Shown here piece by piece: positions 11,612-24,260 of a stretch of DNA of 64,000 nucleotides; the first letter of the stretch is position 1, and each line of letters starts with the position of its first letter. The notes below the pieces were generated by a model. That model made no database searches. It was given only the letters and a program-made list of their open reading frames with translations, and was not told where the DNA came from. This DNA comes from Podarcis erhardii (lineage: Eukaryota): NCBI GenBank assembly GCA_964252035.1, contig OZ176207.1; one strand, 5' to 3'. The translations under genes were made by a program, and so were the position numbers.

Positions 11612-11649
11612 GTATCTGAAGAAGTGTGCATGCACACGAAAGCTCATAC
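11612..11649 (+). ncRNA. Minimal hammerhead ribozyme motif
   Basis: gtatctgaagaagtgtgcatgcacacgaaagctcatac; predicted cleavage after C11645 (CUC). Confidence 0.8.
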
Positions 11650-12046
11650 CAAGAACTGACTTAGTTGGTCTTTAAGGTGCTACTGGAAGGAATTTGTTTT
11701 GTTTTGACTATGGCAGACCAACACGGCTACCTATCTGTAACTGGAAAAAGAAGTTAGTCACAGATGCACGGGGGATGGAGAGTAGCAAGTTAAGATTTTA
11801 ATCTTTCTGGGCTTATCTTAATATTTAAATGGATTGGATTCTATATTTGTTTTGTCATTTTAACTGTAACGTACCCTGAGCTTTCCCTGTTGAGTTTGAC
11901 TTAAAATATTCAAATAAATAAGTCTGAAGACTGTAGATTTAGGACTCCCAAATGCCATCTCTGTTAATACTAACAGACTTGTTGGAACAAAACTGCCAGG
12001 TAACTTCAAAATGCTAGTTTTGTTTTATAAATTCTGTATGCAATAC

Positions 12047-12218
12047 CTGTTCCTTTACTTTCTGGATCTGGTGCAAATAACTTTACAGTGAGTTTTGGCA
12101 ACATCCATTGCATCCATAAGCTAACACGTCCACTTGATACGCCAATATTGCTTGTTGTTTGTTCTAAGGTAACAGAATCTGAGAACGGAGAATCATCGCC
12201 ACCTTGTAGAGATTCACC
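12047..12218 (-). CDS. VPS13B: VPS13B coding exon (~26), 172 nt, phase 0->1
   Basis: ttggcag|GGTGAATC...GGAACAG|gtattg. Translates GESLQGGDDSPFSDSVTLEQTTSNIGVSSGRVSLWMQWMLPKLTVKLFAPDPESKGT. Confidence 0.96.
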
Positions 12219-12689
12219 CTGCCAAAAAACCCAAACCCCAAAACGTTAGTAGAAACTTAGCATAAATGTATCATATTCATTTATATGATCTATATAAAAT
12301 ACATTTGTAATATGCTTTTCTGTACGATCTTGTTCATTTTTGTTGTGTTTATATCTCTTTCTCCTGCTCCCTAGATATAAAAAAGAGCATGGAAGATTCA
12401 ACAGAATTACAGTGCAAAGGCAGAAAAGAGTGGGATTTTGGCTGAGTATGCCTGGTGGTGGTAATGGGCTGGATGAGACACAAGACACTGAAGTTGAATC
12501 CCAACAAGGCAAAGGTGTTGTGAGTTGATGGTTCTCAGGTCCAATAATTGAGTAAATGGCCTCTTTTGGATGGGGTTGTATTCCTTTTGAGGCAAGAGGT
12601 ACTTAACTTCAAGGTACTCCCTGATCCAATTTTCTAAAAGGAATTTGAAATAGTGTCAGTGTCATGGAGGGAGTGCCTATTCTGGTTCA

Positions 12690-12926
12690 TCAGCTACTGC
12701 CATTCTTAGATGGAGAAACTCTGGCCACAGTAACCCCTGCATTGGTGACCTCCTGGCAAGATTACTATAATGCACTCTAAACTGAGCTGCCCTTGAAGAT
12801 GCTGTTGGTGCAAAATGCAACTGCTAGAATATTGTCAGGTTCAGTTGTCCAGAACAATATAATACTACTTCTGAAGAATTTGTACTGGCTGCCTACATGC
12901 TACTGAGCCCAATTCAAGATATAGTG
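12690..12926 (+). mobile_element. Degraded L2 LINE fragment
   Basis: gattactataatgcactc...ctgcccttgaag...caaaatgc resembles the DYCNALY/LPLK/QNAAAR region of the 32260 ORF. Confidence 0.6.
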
Positions 12927-13225
12927 CAGGGGTGTCCAAATGGTCATTTAGTGAGCAATCATTTGTTGTCTGCTGTAACGCTGCGTCTGTCTGTTAGCAG
13001 CTGTATTGTTGGTGAGTGATTTATTTTAATTCTGCACACTTATTGTTTTAAAAAAAGTACCCAACTTTGGGAATCTCCCCCCTAAAAATAGCTCAACAAC
13101 TTAGACCTGCTCCTCTAAAAATAGCTCAACAACTCTGAACTCCCTTCCCCTCAAAAATGGGTAGATCACTGCCACTTTTCCCCCCCGGGAGTAGATCGCA
13201 GTCTCTTGGGAGTTGGACGTCCCTT
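12927..13225. mobile_element. hAT non-autonomous element
   Basis: Ends caggggtgtccaa / ttggacgtccctt, 8-bp TSD atatagtg at 12919-12926 and 13226-13233. Confidence 0.85.
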
Positions 13226-16143
13226 ATATAGTGCTACTTAACAAGTCCCCCCTTCCTTCCCACCACTCTTTTGTAACTAAACAACCTACATCCATCATTA
13301 TATTTTCACCTTCTTGCATCAAGTTTTTCCTCAAATAATTCATCTAAATTTCCTATAAACTTTTGAAAACCAGTTACAATGCATTTGACTTGGTCAGGCA
13401 CAAAAGCACGTAACAGACAAATAAGTTGGGGGGAACACTAAAAATTAAAAGCGACGAAGAGTCAGAATCTCCCTTCTGCAAGAGGAATGTATGGATTTAC
13501 CATAACAGAAGTAAACAAATGTATCTTATTAGGAGTCAAAGTATTACTTGTTTAAAACATGAAAACGTGTTCTCTGTTGGTCCAAAAGTGAAGTTCAAGT
13601 CAGTTTTGATGTTCTCTGGATAGGTTTGCTGCTCCCAAGTGGTTTAATTTTAATAAAAGAATAGTTTTCCATGTGCTTGAAAGCAGCAGCATTGCAGAAC
13701 TTCTTTGTCGATCATTTTCAGAGTTAGATCTGCCAAACTATAGTTTATAGTCTATATATGTATATGGCAGCAGCTGAGGAGGCTCCTACCCTCATCACAT
13801 ATATATGATTTTTTTACTGACCTAATTGCAAAAATGATTCATTTTCATGACAAAAGATCTATCCTAACAATAGTAAATAAAAAGTTATAGAAAGAAGAAA
13901 ATAACAAGGTCATGGCAAGATTTGATATTTATAAATTGGATTTTAAAAAACCTTTTGCATTCAGCTGTTTCAGACTTTAATCTGAGATGTAGGACTTCCT
14001 TCCAGAGAAATCTGTTTTGTGTTTAGCAGTTGGAAGTTACAGATATCTTTGCAATGTTTGAAGGAAAAAAAACCGAGTGTGGGAAAAGGCTTCAAAATAT
14101 ATTCTGAATATATTAGAAATCCAATCACTTTCCACAGTTAATCAACTAGTTAATAATAGGGCATAACTTCACCTGTGGTAGCATTAATTAAATCCATGGA
14201 GCCTAACATAAATTAAGCATTTCAAAAATATTCAATCATTCTCTACAGAAGGAATGAGTATGTAATTATCTACCACATGTTTAACTTTCAAGGACTCAAA
14301 TCTGTGTTCCAGTGAATACAATAGCAAACCTAGCAAATTCTCAGAAGTACACTACAAATGTTATCTGAGCCGACAACACTTCTTAGGTAATAACTGCATG
14401 AAAATATCACATAATATCTCATTGTATGAACCAAACATTACAGAAAATCTATCACAGATGCATGGGTCATCATGCCCTTGCTTCTGAAGTATACAGAAAT
14501 GTAAATTGTTCAATGTTTTTCTTATTCCTTGTCAAATATAAGAAAAGGAAAAAATGCTCAAAGATGATTGCTCAAAACATCTCCCATTTTATGGCTTAAT
14601 CCAAGTTGCGGGAAGAAATGAGCAACTGCTGGTGTGACTTTAGCTGAGAATGTAAACTGCATAGAAAACTAGTTGTGCAATTAAGACAACACAAGAAAAA
14701 CTGCACAGAGAATGATTTAATGTCCTGATTAGAACTGTCTAAAATCATGTTTCACACAAAGAGCTTTGCATGCAGTTTGTGTTTTTGGAGGCCATCATAA
14801 CAATGGGTCCCATGATGGGTGCCAAATTAGATCTTCCAACCACGAAATTGAAAGTTGTCTAGACACTTTTGAACAGACTGGGGAATAATTTCTTGCTATA
14901 AATTCTAATACTATTTTTAAAAATAAATTTCATTTTTATTTTTTTGAAATATTAGGTTCCAATCAAAATGTTAGGAATACTGACAAGAAACATTTTTATT
15001 TCTCATTCCACTTTATTTTGAATTCCTAATCCCTCGCATGCATACGTAAGTAAATCTATGCCTTAATTTTCCACTTTGCATCCAAATAAAAATGCCAGAA
15101 TCTAGAAGGCTGAACTATTTTCCCACCCCTCCTCATGCCAAGCCCTAAAGTACACAGTTTAATTCTTTTGCCGGTTCTTGCAAATTGACCCAAAATAGTG
15201 AGTTTATTTTTCTAGGAGAATTTATCTTTATTCATCTGGAGGAACCAAACATATAGGACCTTCATCCTTGGCCCGCATTAAAGCTCAGGGATGATCAGAG
15301 TTTTGGGCAAATTACTGCTCTGCCTTATCAAAATAACTTCTGTGTTTCTGTTCAATCATACAGCTTCCCCAAGGACTAAACACTTCCTCAACTGTTTGTA
15401 CTTAAGTAAACAGTAACAAGTGGCCTGTTGTACTCTATACTACCTTCGCTCCAATACAGGGGTGGTAAAAATGATTAACTGTTTCTAAGCTCTGGTGCTT
15501 AAGCCTCTCACTCATGTTTCCATCTTAGCCACCACCCAGTTTGAAAGTCAGGAATCCTGATAGCTTTGCACACATAAGAGAGCAGCACTACCTATCAACC
15601 TGTCAGCATGAAAAGAATTACTCACAGCTTAAATGTATAAATCATCTATGGATAGTATAAATAAATACTTCATATGCTATTTAATACAAACAATTGTTGG
15701 AGTGGGTCATACCACCCCAACTCCCCCCCCCCAGTTCATTTATGGAAAGACTTGTATACTTGAAAGAACTTTGAGGGGTGAAACATTTCAAAATAATCAT
15801 TCTGGTCCAGAAGAGAAGTAGTATGCTTTAACTGTGAAATGTCTGAAGTCAAAAATTCATACAAAGGATGCAAGCGTATTTCTATTTGACAACGTTCAAG
15901 GCTTTAAACATAAATTGTACTGGATGTATAAACAAAACAGTAACAAATTTCAGAGCAGTCCCCCTTCCAACAATAATCTAAATATATCCAGGAAATGTTA
16001 CACCGTACCATGTTCCAGTAATTGAAACACAGCTAAAATATTATAAACACTGATGAAACAAACTCTTTTAAACTTAACGAGTTTACTATACTATTATTGT
16101 TCACAATACAGAGTAAAAGAAGTTAACAATATCTGAGAAGCTA

Positions 16144-16497
16144 AAGTGGTGCCCCGCAAGACGAACGCCTCGCAAGACGGAAAACCCGCTAGACGAAAGG
16201 GTTTTCCGTTTTGGAGGCGTTTCGCAAAACGAATTTCCCTATGGGCTTGCTTCGCAAGACGAAAATGTCTTGCGAGTTCCTGCGGGTTTTCCCCCCTTCC
16301 CCCCCTTTTCCTAAGCCGCTAAGCCGCTTATCAGCTGATCCGCTGATAAGCTGCTTAACAGCTGATCGCTAAAAGCCGCTAAACCGCTAATAGCGCTAAT
16401 CCGCTAAGCTGTCAATGGGCTTGCTTCGCAAGACGAAAAAACCGCTATACGAAGAGCCTCACGGAACGGATTAATTTCGTCTTGCGAGGCACCACTG
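16144..16497. mobile_element. Tc1/mariner MITE, same family as 333-608
   Basis: Same TIR and TA flanks, with an expanded internal ccgctaa-type array. Confidence 0.9.
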
Positions 16498-17261
16498 TAT
16501 ATGCAGATCTCAGATGATTCCTGATTCAGAGATTTATGGTCTCTAAATCTAACTTATTTTCTCATGGACTCCTTTTCTTTAATAATTTCTGCAATCAAAT
16601 TCTGAACATCTGCTGTTGTTGCTCTTGTTGCCTCCCCAGCCTAAGAACGATGCAGGTGCTATAAACAAGGCAGGTGGTACAGTCCAAGTCAAGCACCATC
16701 ACAGCCTCTTCAAGGGGGCAGAATCTACTGGTGTCCCTAGCACTATTCTCCACCAAGTGAATCCTTTGAAAGTAAATCTTGGTCCATACCAAAAGATAAT
16801 CCAAAAGGAACTTTTGGCGGAGTCAAGAAAGACCTTATCCCGTGTTTGGTTTTCCCATCAGCTAGCAACTAATATATTTGCTCTAATGTAACCAGGAAAA
16901 TGCTTCTCTAAGGAAGCAGGGGAAAAGTTTGTTCCTTGCTCCCTTTTTAAATAAAGCTACCACATGCTGAAGCACCCTGGAATTAGAATGCCACGAGAGA
17001 GACAGAAACATAGCTTTCCAGTATGGCCTACTTAAACAAATCATTACAAAACATAGTATATTTTTACTATCAATTTGCAGAGCAATTGGCTAGGTGTTCA
17101 TGGAAACCTATTGAGTCAGATCTGATGTTAGAAGAAAGCTAGCTGAAGCTAAAATGAGGTAATTTATGAGTAACGAAGTATAATGGATAACTACCAAAAT
17201 ACAATAAAAATCTAGGTTGTTGGGTAGTTTTTTTTGCTTAAAGTAGAATTGCCTAAAGCAG

Positions 17262-17379
17262 TTTTGCTGAACCTATGGCCCTCCAGATGTTGTTGAACTC
17301 CAACTCTCATCAATCCTGTGGGTCAGAAATGATGGGAACTGGAGTTCAACAACATCTCGGAGGGCCACAGATCCCCCAA
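17262..17379. mobile_element. Short palindromic hAT-type MITE, cut by a gap
   Basis: ccctccagatgttgttgaactccaact ... agttcaacaacatctcggaggg fold-back; same family as 59946-60083. Confidence 0.7.
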
Positions 17380-17531
17380 NNNNNNNNNNNNNNNNNNNNN
17401 NNNNNNNNNNNNNNNNNNNNNNNNNNNNNNNNNNNNNNNNNNNNNNNNNNNNNNNNNNNNNNNNNNNNNNNNNNNNNNNNNNNNNNNNNNNNNNNNNNNN
17501 NNNNNNNNNNNNNNNNNNNNNNNNNNNNNNN
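17380..17531. other. Assembly gap (152 N)
   Basis: N run. Confidence 1.
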
Positions 17532-18265
17532 GCATTCCTTTAGAATTTTGCTTTGTTTCCCCCATGGGCAAAACTTACAAATCACATATAGGTTTTGCCA
17601 TTGGCTTAAGTAAGATAGTTAGACCAGACTTGGTTGAGTTAATATGAAAACAAGTGAGATGCTTATATATAGATCCACCTAAAAGAGGCAGGGAATGGCA
17701 TTCTATCTGCAGCAGCACAAGATGGCTCTTCATCTTTCACGATGATAGTCAAAATAATTTGCAACTCTATCCAGAAAGTGCAAACTAAAAGCATGCCCCA
17801 CAAGACAGTGGGAGCCAAGAGTGATGGGCTGCTTCATTCAGGCAGGAGCAAAAAGTTGATTGGGAGCTGCCCACATTCCCAAAGAGCTTCTTCTCTTGCC
17901 TCGTGACCAATCCAGTGACCTCATGATACCAAGAGGAGAACTGTGCTTAATCAAAGGCAGAAGCAACAGCTTCCAATCTCCTCCTCACTGCTGCACCTGG
18001 ATAGTGAGGGGGTGGAGAAGGACAAGCCTAAGGCTCACTGCAACTCATTTACGTGACAATAAACCATGAACGCATTCATAATGTTCTTATTTGTATCACT
18101 TCTTTCTGTCTTGTGAAGGTTTGATGTTGAGCATGATTCATTAAACCTCAATGAATATTTATCCATGTTCATTTATTTACATCTTTTATCCTATTGATTC
18201 CTATTTGGTCACTTGCTCAGACTCTTAGCCAATTACCATAGCATGTCAATATAATTTTTAATTAC

Positions 18266-18472
18266 CTCTGTAGTTGTCCCAATGTCAGCAGATGGGCTAC
18301 ATGTGCTGGTATCTGGTGGAGCTGTCCCAACACTGCTTTTGACAGGGGAGCCTGGAGGTGCAGGTCCTGAAGTGGATTCTGTATAAGCTGGAGAGTGGTG
18401 CAAAATACCCTTCTTCTGAATCTTATTCCAGACTTTGTTCATTATATCTGCTAGTTCATACAGCAGCTGCAC
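18266..18472 (-). CDS. VPS13B: VPS13B coding exon (~25), 207 nt, phase 0->0
   Basis: gtttaag|GTGCAGCTG...ACAGAG|gtaatt. Translates VQLLYELADIMNKVWNKIQKKG...SSVGTAPPDTSTCSPSADIGTTTE. Confidence 0.96.
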
Positions 18473-19632
18473 CTTAAACGGGAAAAGGGTAACAAGGTTC
18501 AGCAAATCATTAAAACTTCAAGATTTTATAATGTAAAAATCCCAACCTCAGCATTTTTGCTATGGTAAAAAGCATGTAACAAATGTAAAAGTACAGTATA
18601 AAAATGCAAGCCCTATGCAAGGTAGAGTTTTAATAAATACTTTTTTTAAAAAATACACTTTTTCACAGGCTCTTACAAATGCTCATTCCATTCAGTGGAC
18701 TCACAACAATCTCAAATCCTAAAAACAAAGGCAATATAGTTTGCAAAATGCGAAATTATTTGTTCATGGTAGATGTGAAGCTGTTCTCAGTACGCAGGGG
18801 AAAAAGTCTCTTGGAATGTGTCTTTTCAGTATTCACAAAACACTCTGTATAACTGTGCATTGTCTGACTCAGTTCTAAGGTATTTACACAAGGCTTCACA
18901 AATAAGCATTAATCATAGAATCTGTATGACAACAGTTTGCCACATACTGTATTTTAAAAAGAACAGGGAATCTGCAAACACAATACATAAGCAGATGCAC
19001 AGCTGGACACCATACCCAGCTTGCCATTATTTGAGGGTGAGGGGAATCAAAATGTTCATATATTATAAAGAAGCTTCAGCCTCGGGACATATCCAGAGAA
19101 TGACGTTGGCTTCTAATGTGGGCAGAACAGATGCAGAAAAACACTGCTGTCAGTTTAAATTTGATAGAAAACAGGACTTAATTTTGTACATCTGAGAATA
19201 TGATTTATCCTCAGGTTTTGGTTTCACTGTCTTTATATAGCTACAGAGCTGGAGGTATTTGTTTTTTGTAAGAGCCCAAAATTCCTCTCAATTAATATTT
19301 TGATGTTTAATATTTAAATCAAACATTGATAGAAAGCAGTCCTCATGCAATTTGTCATACAGCTTTTTGTCAAGTTGGGTACTTTTTAAATTTATACATT
19401 TAACACTTTCAGCATTTACATAGGTAACTGTCATAAGTAAATTGATTATGGCACATATGGATGGCAGTACAGCATAAATCTAATATTGTTAACATTGAAA
19501 AATATCTGACTTATTTCTAGTATACTTTGATAAGCTGATCAAGTGTCAATGATTCATGCAAGCCCTCTCTCCCAGTCCCCTATGGAGTGAAAATACTTTC
19601 TGAAATTTCATTATTAGGCCACAGAAAAGATA

Positions 19633-19849
19633 CAGTGATACCTTGGTTCTCGAATTTAATCTGTTCTGGAAGTCTGTTCAACTCTCAAAACATTCAAAAA
19701 CCAAGGCATGGCTTCCAATTGGCTTCACTCAAGCGGAAACCGCGTCAGATATTTGGCATCCGATGTTTGGCACACTTACTTCCGGGTTTTCGGCATTCGG
19801 GAACCAATTTGTTCATCAACTAAGCCATTCGAGAACCAAGGTACCACTG
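19633..19849. mobile_element. Tc1/mariner (Tigger-like) MITE
   Basis: 23-bp TIR cagtg(a/g)taccttggttctcgaat with TA flanks. Confidence 0.88.
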
Positions 19850-22319
19850 TACTTCTTAAAATCTTCACTGTATTATGGCAATGTGAGTATCACATAATGC
19901 AATGACTTCCTGCTGAAAGCTACTAACAAACAGGACCCTAGCCTGAAGAATGAAAGCTCCTTCCTGGTAAAAATTCTCTTTCAGCACCAACGTTACTGCA
20001 AGTAATGGTTTCCTAACCTTCACTGACAAAAACTTAGAAACTGGCAGAGATGATTTTGTGGAGGATTTTGTTACCTCAAGCCAAATTCCAATGTACCTTG
20101 GAGAACAAGACTGTCCCAAACAAAACCATGTGAGTTGTGTCAGGAGAAGACAAAACTATATATAACCTGTTCCCTTGATCAGTTTTTGCATGATAAACCA
20201 TGTGAGACTCCTAACAGGTTAAAATTGTTTGGAACAAGAAAATACAATAATTCCCAAAATCAACAGATTTTGTGGGATCTATCTTGCCCCAGACACTTTT
20301 CTTTACAGAAAGAAAATTGTGGCCAAAATTTGGGAACACAGTTTGCAACTATGCAAGTGACACTATCCTAGAAGGGCTATGGCACACATTTATTTCTGTG
20401 CTAAGCTCTTCAATAGAAAGTATACTTGGAGGTTTTCAACCACATTTTTGGTAAGAAAACATTTTAAAGAGTATCTGAAACCATCTGCCAATAAACCGCT
20501 TAATTGTGGTTACAGAAGAAGAGAGAAGGAAAGTGAGTGGAGGGACGAGGAGGGAATACAAGTATCCAAAGCAGGCTCCAGATTTATGTATATATTTATC
20601 AAAATATTTCTATTCTGCCTTTCTGTTTACAAAGGGCATTCAAGCCAGCTTGCAAGACAAATCAATATAATGAAACTCAATACAAATGTTACAAAAGCAC
20701 CCTAACCAAGAACAGCATTAAACATCACAATTAATAAATTAGATTGGTTAACAAGGAGCCAGTGTTACACTTGTAGAGGCCGTAGCAGAGTACTCTTTCT
20801 AAAACAAAAAAACAATGTAACAGTAAAACCATATACCTAACAATTCTTCAGGGTTTAGCCAAATATTTGCAAGGCAAAGTAAAAGAAGATAAAAACCATC
20901 AATTGTCTTTCAGTTGCGGCATCTGTCCATTTCTGTGCCTTGTTATTGTATTATGGCAGCTTTTAATGGTGCTTTTTCATAACACTTTCTTAAGGCACAA
21001 GTAAATAAGCAATCAAGAAAATATACACATCACTCTGGCTCCTTTTTATCTTGTTGTGAAGCCTGAAGATGGTGTAGAATTCGAGATCTCACACCCCTGC
21101 TGAGAAATGTATTCTGAAACAGAGATGTCACCAACACGTGTTGAGATTCCTGAATTGTAGGGGGTTGGACTAGATCCCTTCCAACTCTACAATGTTATGA
21201 TTCTGTGATTCAGAATAGTTGTGCCTGAGATGCCTATCTGCAAGCAAGCTTTTGCAAGCTGTATTGAACCTGAATCTATAACGTACACCATGGATGTATG
21301 AATGGCCTACTTTCCCATGGGAAGAACACAAAAAACTAAAATACCCTATGTGTTGTTTGCACACAAAATACGGAAAGATACCATTTCTGTAATATGAAAG
21401 AAACACTAAACAACCCTGCAGAAGAACTAAGGTTTCACTTGTTGGTTAGAAATGTATCCGATTATATTTTATTAACTGCATTTGATTATAAAGAGGGTGG
21501 TGGTTTCTATTTAGCATGTTGGTGGCAACTCTGAAGTGAACTGTTTGATCATTCCCATATATGCAGATAATAATTTAAAGAGAGACAGTACTGGTGTGAG
21601 GTCCCTTTCATTCCCAACTCTGGCAATACTACTTAAATGTTGTGGTAGCTTTGGAAACTTATCTTCAAAATTAGAAGTATAGTATAATTAAAAGCAAGAC
21701 TAACAATCCAGAGATGCACAAATCTCTTTTTAACAATGTACACACCCTATTCAAATCTTATAATAGGGACCTCAGCACAAGAGAGAGAAAGCGCTATTTT
21801 GAGAATCATGCTAGACACAGTGCAGATCCTATTAGGTCCAAATCACTAGTTAATGTATGCTTGCGCTAGCCTGAGCACACAGCTCTCCTGTGGCAATTGA
21901 GGCAACCCTACACCAGCTAAACCTAGAACCTGAATGTTCTGAGGTGGGGAACAGGCTTAAGTCCCCTGCTCTATGTGTCACTCTCGCTTTTGAAGACAGA
22001 AAGAGACTACTGCCTCTACCCCAGAAAAACAAGGCGTTCTCAAGCTAAGGAGACTAGCAGCTGTTGGGTCTTTCTATGAGCTGTCATTCAGAGTAATCTA
22101 TTGTGCCTCCCACTACCAACAGGAATTTCCAGGGACCGACCAGGCTTGTGACAGCAACACTAACCCCTGTTAAACCTTTTGTCATCAAAGTGGGTGCTCA
22201 AAGGGAAGTGATGAAAATATGCATGGTGGGAGCCCTGCCTTCAACCAAAGAGGCGGAGCCAGCAACCCATCCTGCTGACCTGGGAATGGGAAAATTAGGA
22301 AGAACAGGCATTTAAGTTA

Positions 22320-23048
22320 TTTAATTTCACCTTGCCAACAAAAGTCCGTATAGTTAAAGCTATGGTTTTCCCAGTAGTGATGTATGGAAGTGAAAGCTGG
22401 ACCATAAAGAAGGCTGATCGCCGAAGAATACTGTATTTTTTGCTCTATAAGACTCACTTTTTCCCTCCTAAAAAGTAAGGGGAAATGTATGTGCGTCTTA
22501 TGGAGTGAATGCAGGCCGCACAGCTATCACAGAAGCCAGAACAGCAAGAGGGATTGCTGCTTTCACTGCGCAGCGATCCTTCTTGCTGTTCTGGCTGCTG
22601 AGATTCAGAATAATTTTTTCTTGTTTTCCTCCTCCAAAAACTATGTGCGTCTTCTGGTCTGGTGCGTCTTATAGAGCGAAAAATATGGTAGATGCTTTTG
22701 AATTATGGTGCTGGAGGAGACTCTTGAGAGTCCCATGGACTGCAAGAAGATCAAACCTACCCATTCTTAAGAAAATCAGCCCTGAGTGCTCACTGGAAGG
22801 ACAGGTTGTGAAGCTGAGGCTCCAATACTTTGGCCACCTCATGAGAAGAGAAGACTCCCTGGAAAAGACCCTGATGTTGGGAAAGATTGAGGCACGAGGA
22901 GAAGGGGACGACAGAAGACAAGATGGCTGGGCAGTGTTCTCGAAGCTACCAGCATGAGTTTGACCAAACTGTGGGAGGCAGTGGAAGACAGGAGTGCCTG
23001 GCGTGCTCTGGTCCATGGGGTCACGAAGAGTTGGACATGACTAAACAA
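22320..23048 (+). mobile_element. RTE-BovB LINE 3' fragment, interrupted by a MITE
   Basis: DAFELWCWRRLLRVPWTARRSN..LKKISPECSLEGQVVKLRLQYFGHLMRREDSLEKTLMLGKIE and 3' end ggggtcacgaagagttggacatgactaaacaac. Confidence 0.92.
22431..22688. mobile_element. Tc1/mariner MITE (pogo/Tc2-like TIR) nested in BovB
   Basis: Ends ctgtattttttgctctataagac / gtcttatagagcgaaaaatatgg. The TA duplication splits BovB gaaTA|gatgc. Confidence 0.9.
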
Positions 23049-23639
23049 CTATGGACTGTCCTGTCTTTCCACAGAATGTTCAAGATACAGGTTATCCTGT
23101 CCTGGGGGGCATTTTCAGGTGTAGTGGACTGTGCTGTTATTTTGCTTTAAACTGTGCTCTTTACATATAAAAATACATAGGAAAAATCTCATCAATTTGT
23201 ATCATTTCCCTGCCTTCCATGCCAGCTACTGCAAAGTGTTTCTGAAGTTTAGGTAACCCTCCAGAAGCATGTGATATTGCACAGGTGGTTGCAAATAGGT
23301 AACAGAGAAGTGATGTAAATGCAAGAGAGTAATCCTTTAAAGAGCTATTATGCGTATCATAATTTAGCAAATAATTATTCCCAGCAATTTAATTACATGT
23401 CTGTCCTCTGTAGGCATGCATTAATTGCATAATCACATATTCCTTGAACATTTTCTCCCTCTTTCTTTTTAAAAGGAGCTGGTTTTGCATGAGAAGAACA
23501 GTGGCCAGAGCTCTGCTACACTGCGCTGCCCAAGTTGACAGCTTTTATTAGCTAAAAAAGAAAAAAAAAAGAAGAGGAAGAAGATTGGGGGGGGGCAGCA
23601 TGCTGCTACCATTAGAAACCCTCTTTACCAAAACCACTT

Positions 23640-24260
23640 TCGGGTTGAACTGCAACCCCTGACATGACTGTCTCCAACTCAGCACCTTGCTAATGAGGTG
23701 AAGAACAGGGAGGAGGTGTTGTGCTCCACCCATGCAATCAAATACAATTAATACGCAGGCCTGGATCTGGTCGCTGTTAGACATGCCTTGATTACATCCA
23801 GATTAGATTATTGCAATCTGCTCTACAAGAAAGTGTCTTTGAAGAGCACTTGGAATTTGAGTTGGTGCAGAATGCAGAATACAACAGTCTGATGGGGGCC
23901 CCCCCTTTTTTAAAGAACATTACACCAGTATTATATCAATTTTATTAGTTCCCGAAAAACTTCTAAGCCAAATTAAAAGTGTTGGTTCTGACCTTTAAAA
24001 GTACAAAATGGTTTTGGCCTGGAATGCTTAAAAGAATGTCCTATGGGCTCACTTGGCAGGCTTATATTGTCGTTTGAAGCCATGCCACTTATCCCACCAT
24101 TAGTTGTGTTATGCTATGTGGATACATGGGACAGGGGAATCTCAGTGGTGGTATTGATGTGAAATATTTTGCTCTGGATTACCCAGTTGGTTTTCCTCCT
24201 TCCATCCCTGCTTCAGACAAAAGATGAAGATGCTGTTATTTCAATACGCTTTTGGCGTGG
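23640..24260 (+). mobile_element. Old degraded L2 LINE
   Basis: agattagattattgcaat...gtgcagaatgcag...gtgttggttctgacctttaaa is similar to the C-terminal region of the 32260 ORF. Confidence 0.65.

Larger units (their letters stand above)
10691..11742 (-). mobile_element. 5'-truncated Penelope-like retroelement with inverted terminal-repeat copy
   Basis: GIY-YIG frame on minus, 294-bp inverted arms 10691-10984 / 11408-11701, 12-bp TSD ctggaaaaagaa at 10679-10690 and 11741-11752. Confidence 0.93.

Noticed and set aside
7963-11647. Three near-identical 67-aa ORFs (MSFRVHAHFF...) at 7963, 10745 and 11444
   Set aside because: They are antisense readings of the Penelope terminal repeat. The identity reflects repeat copies, not a protein family.
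22505-22957. 150-aa ORF
   Set aside because: It is a chimera of MITE sequence and a BovB ORF remnant.
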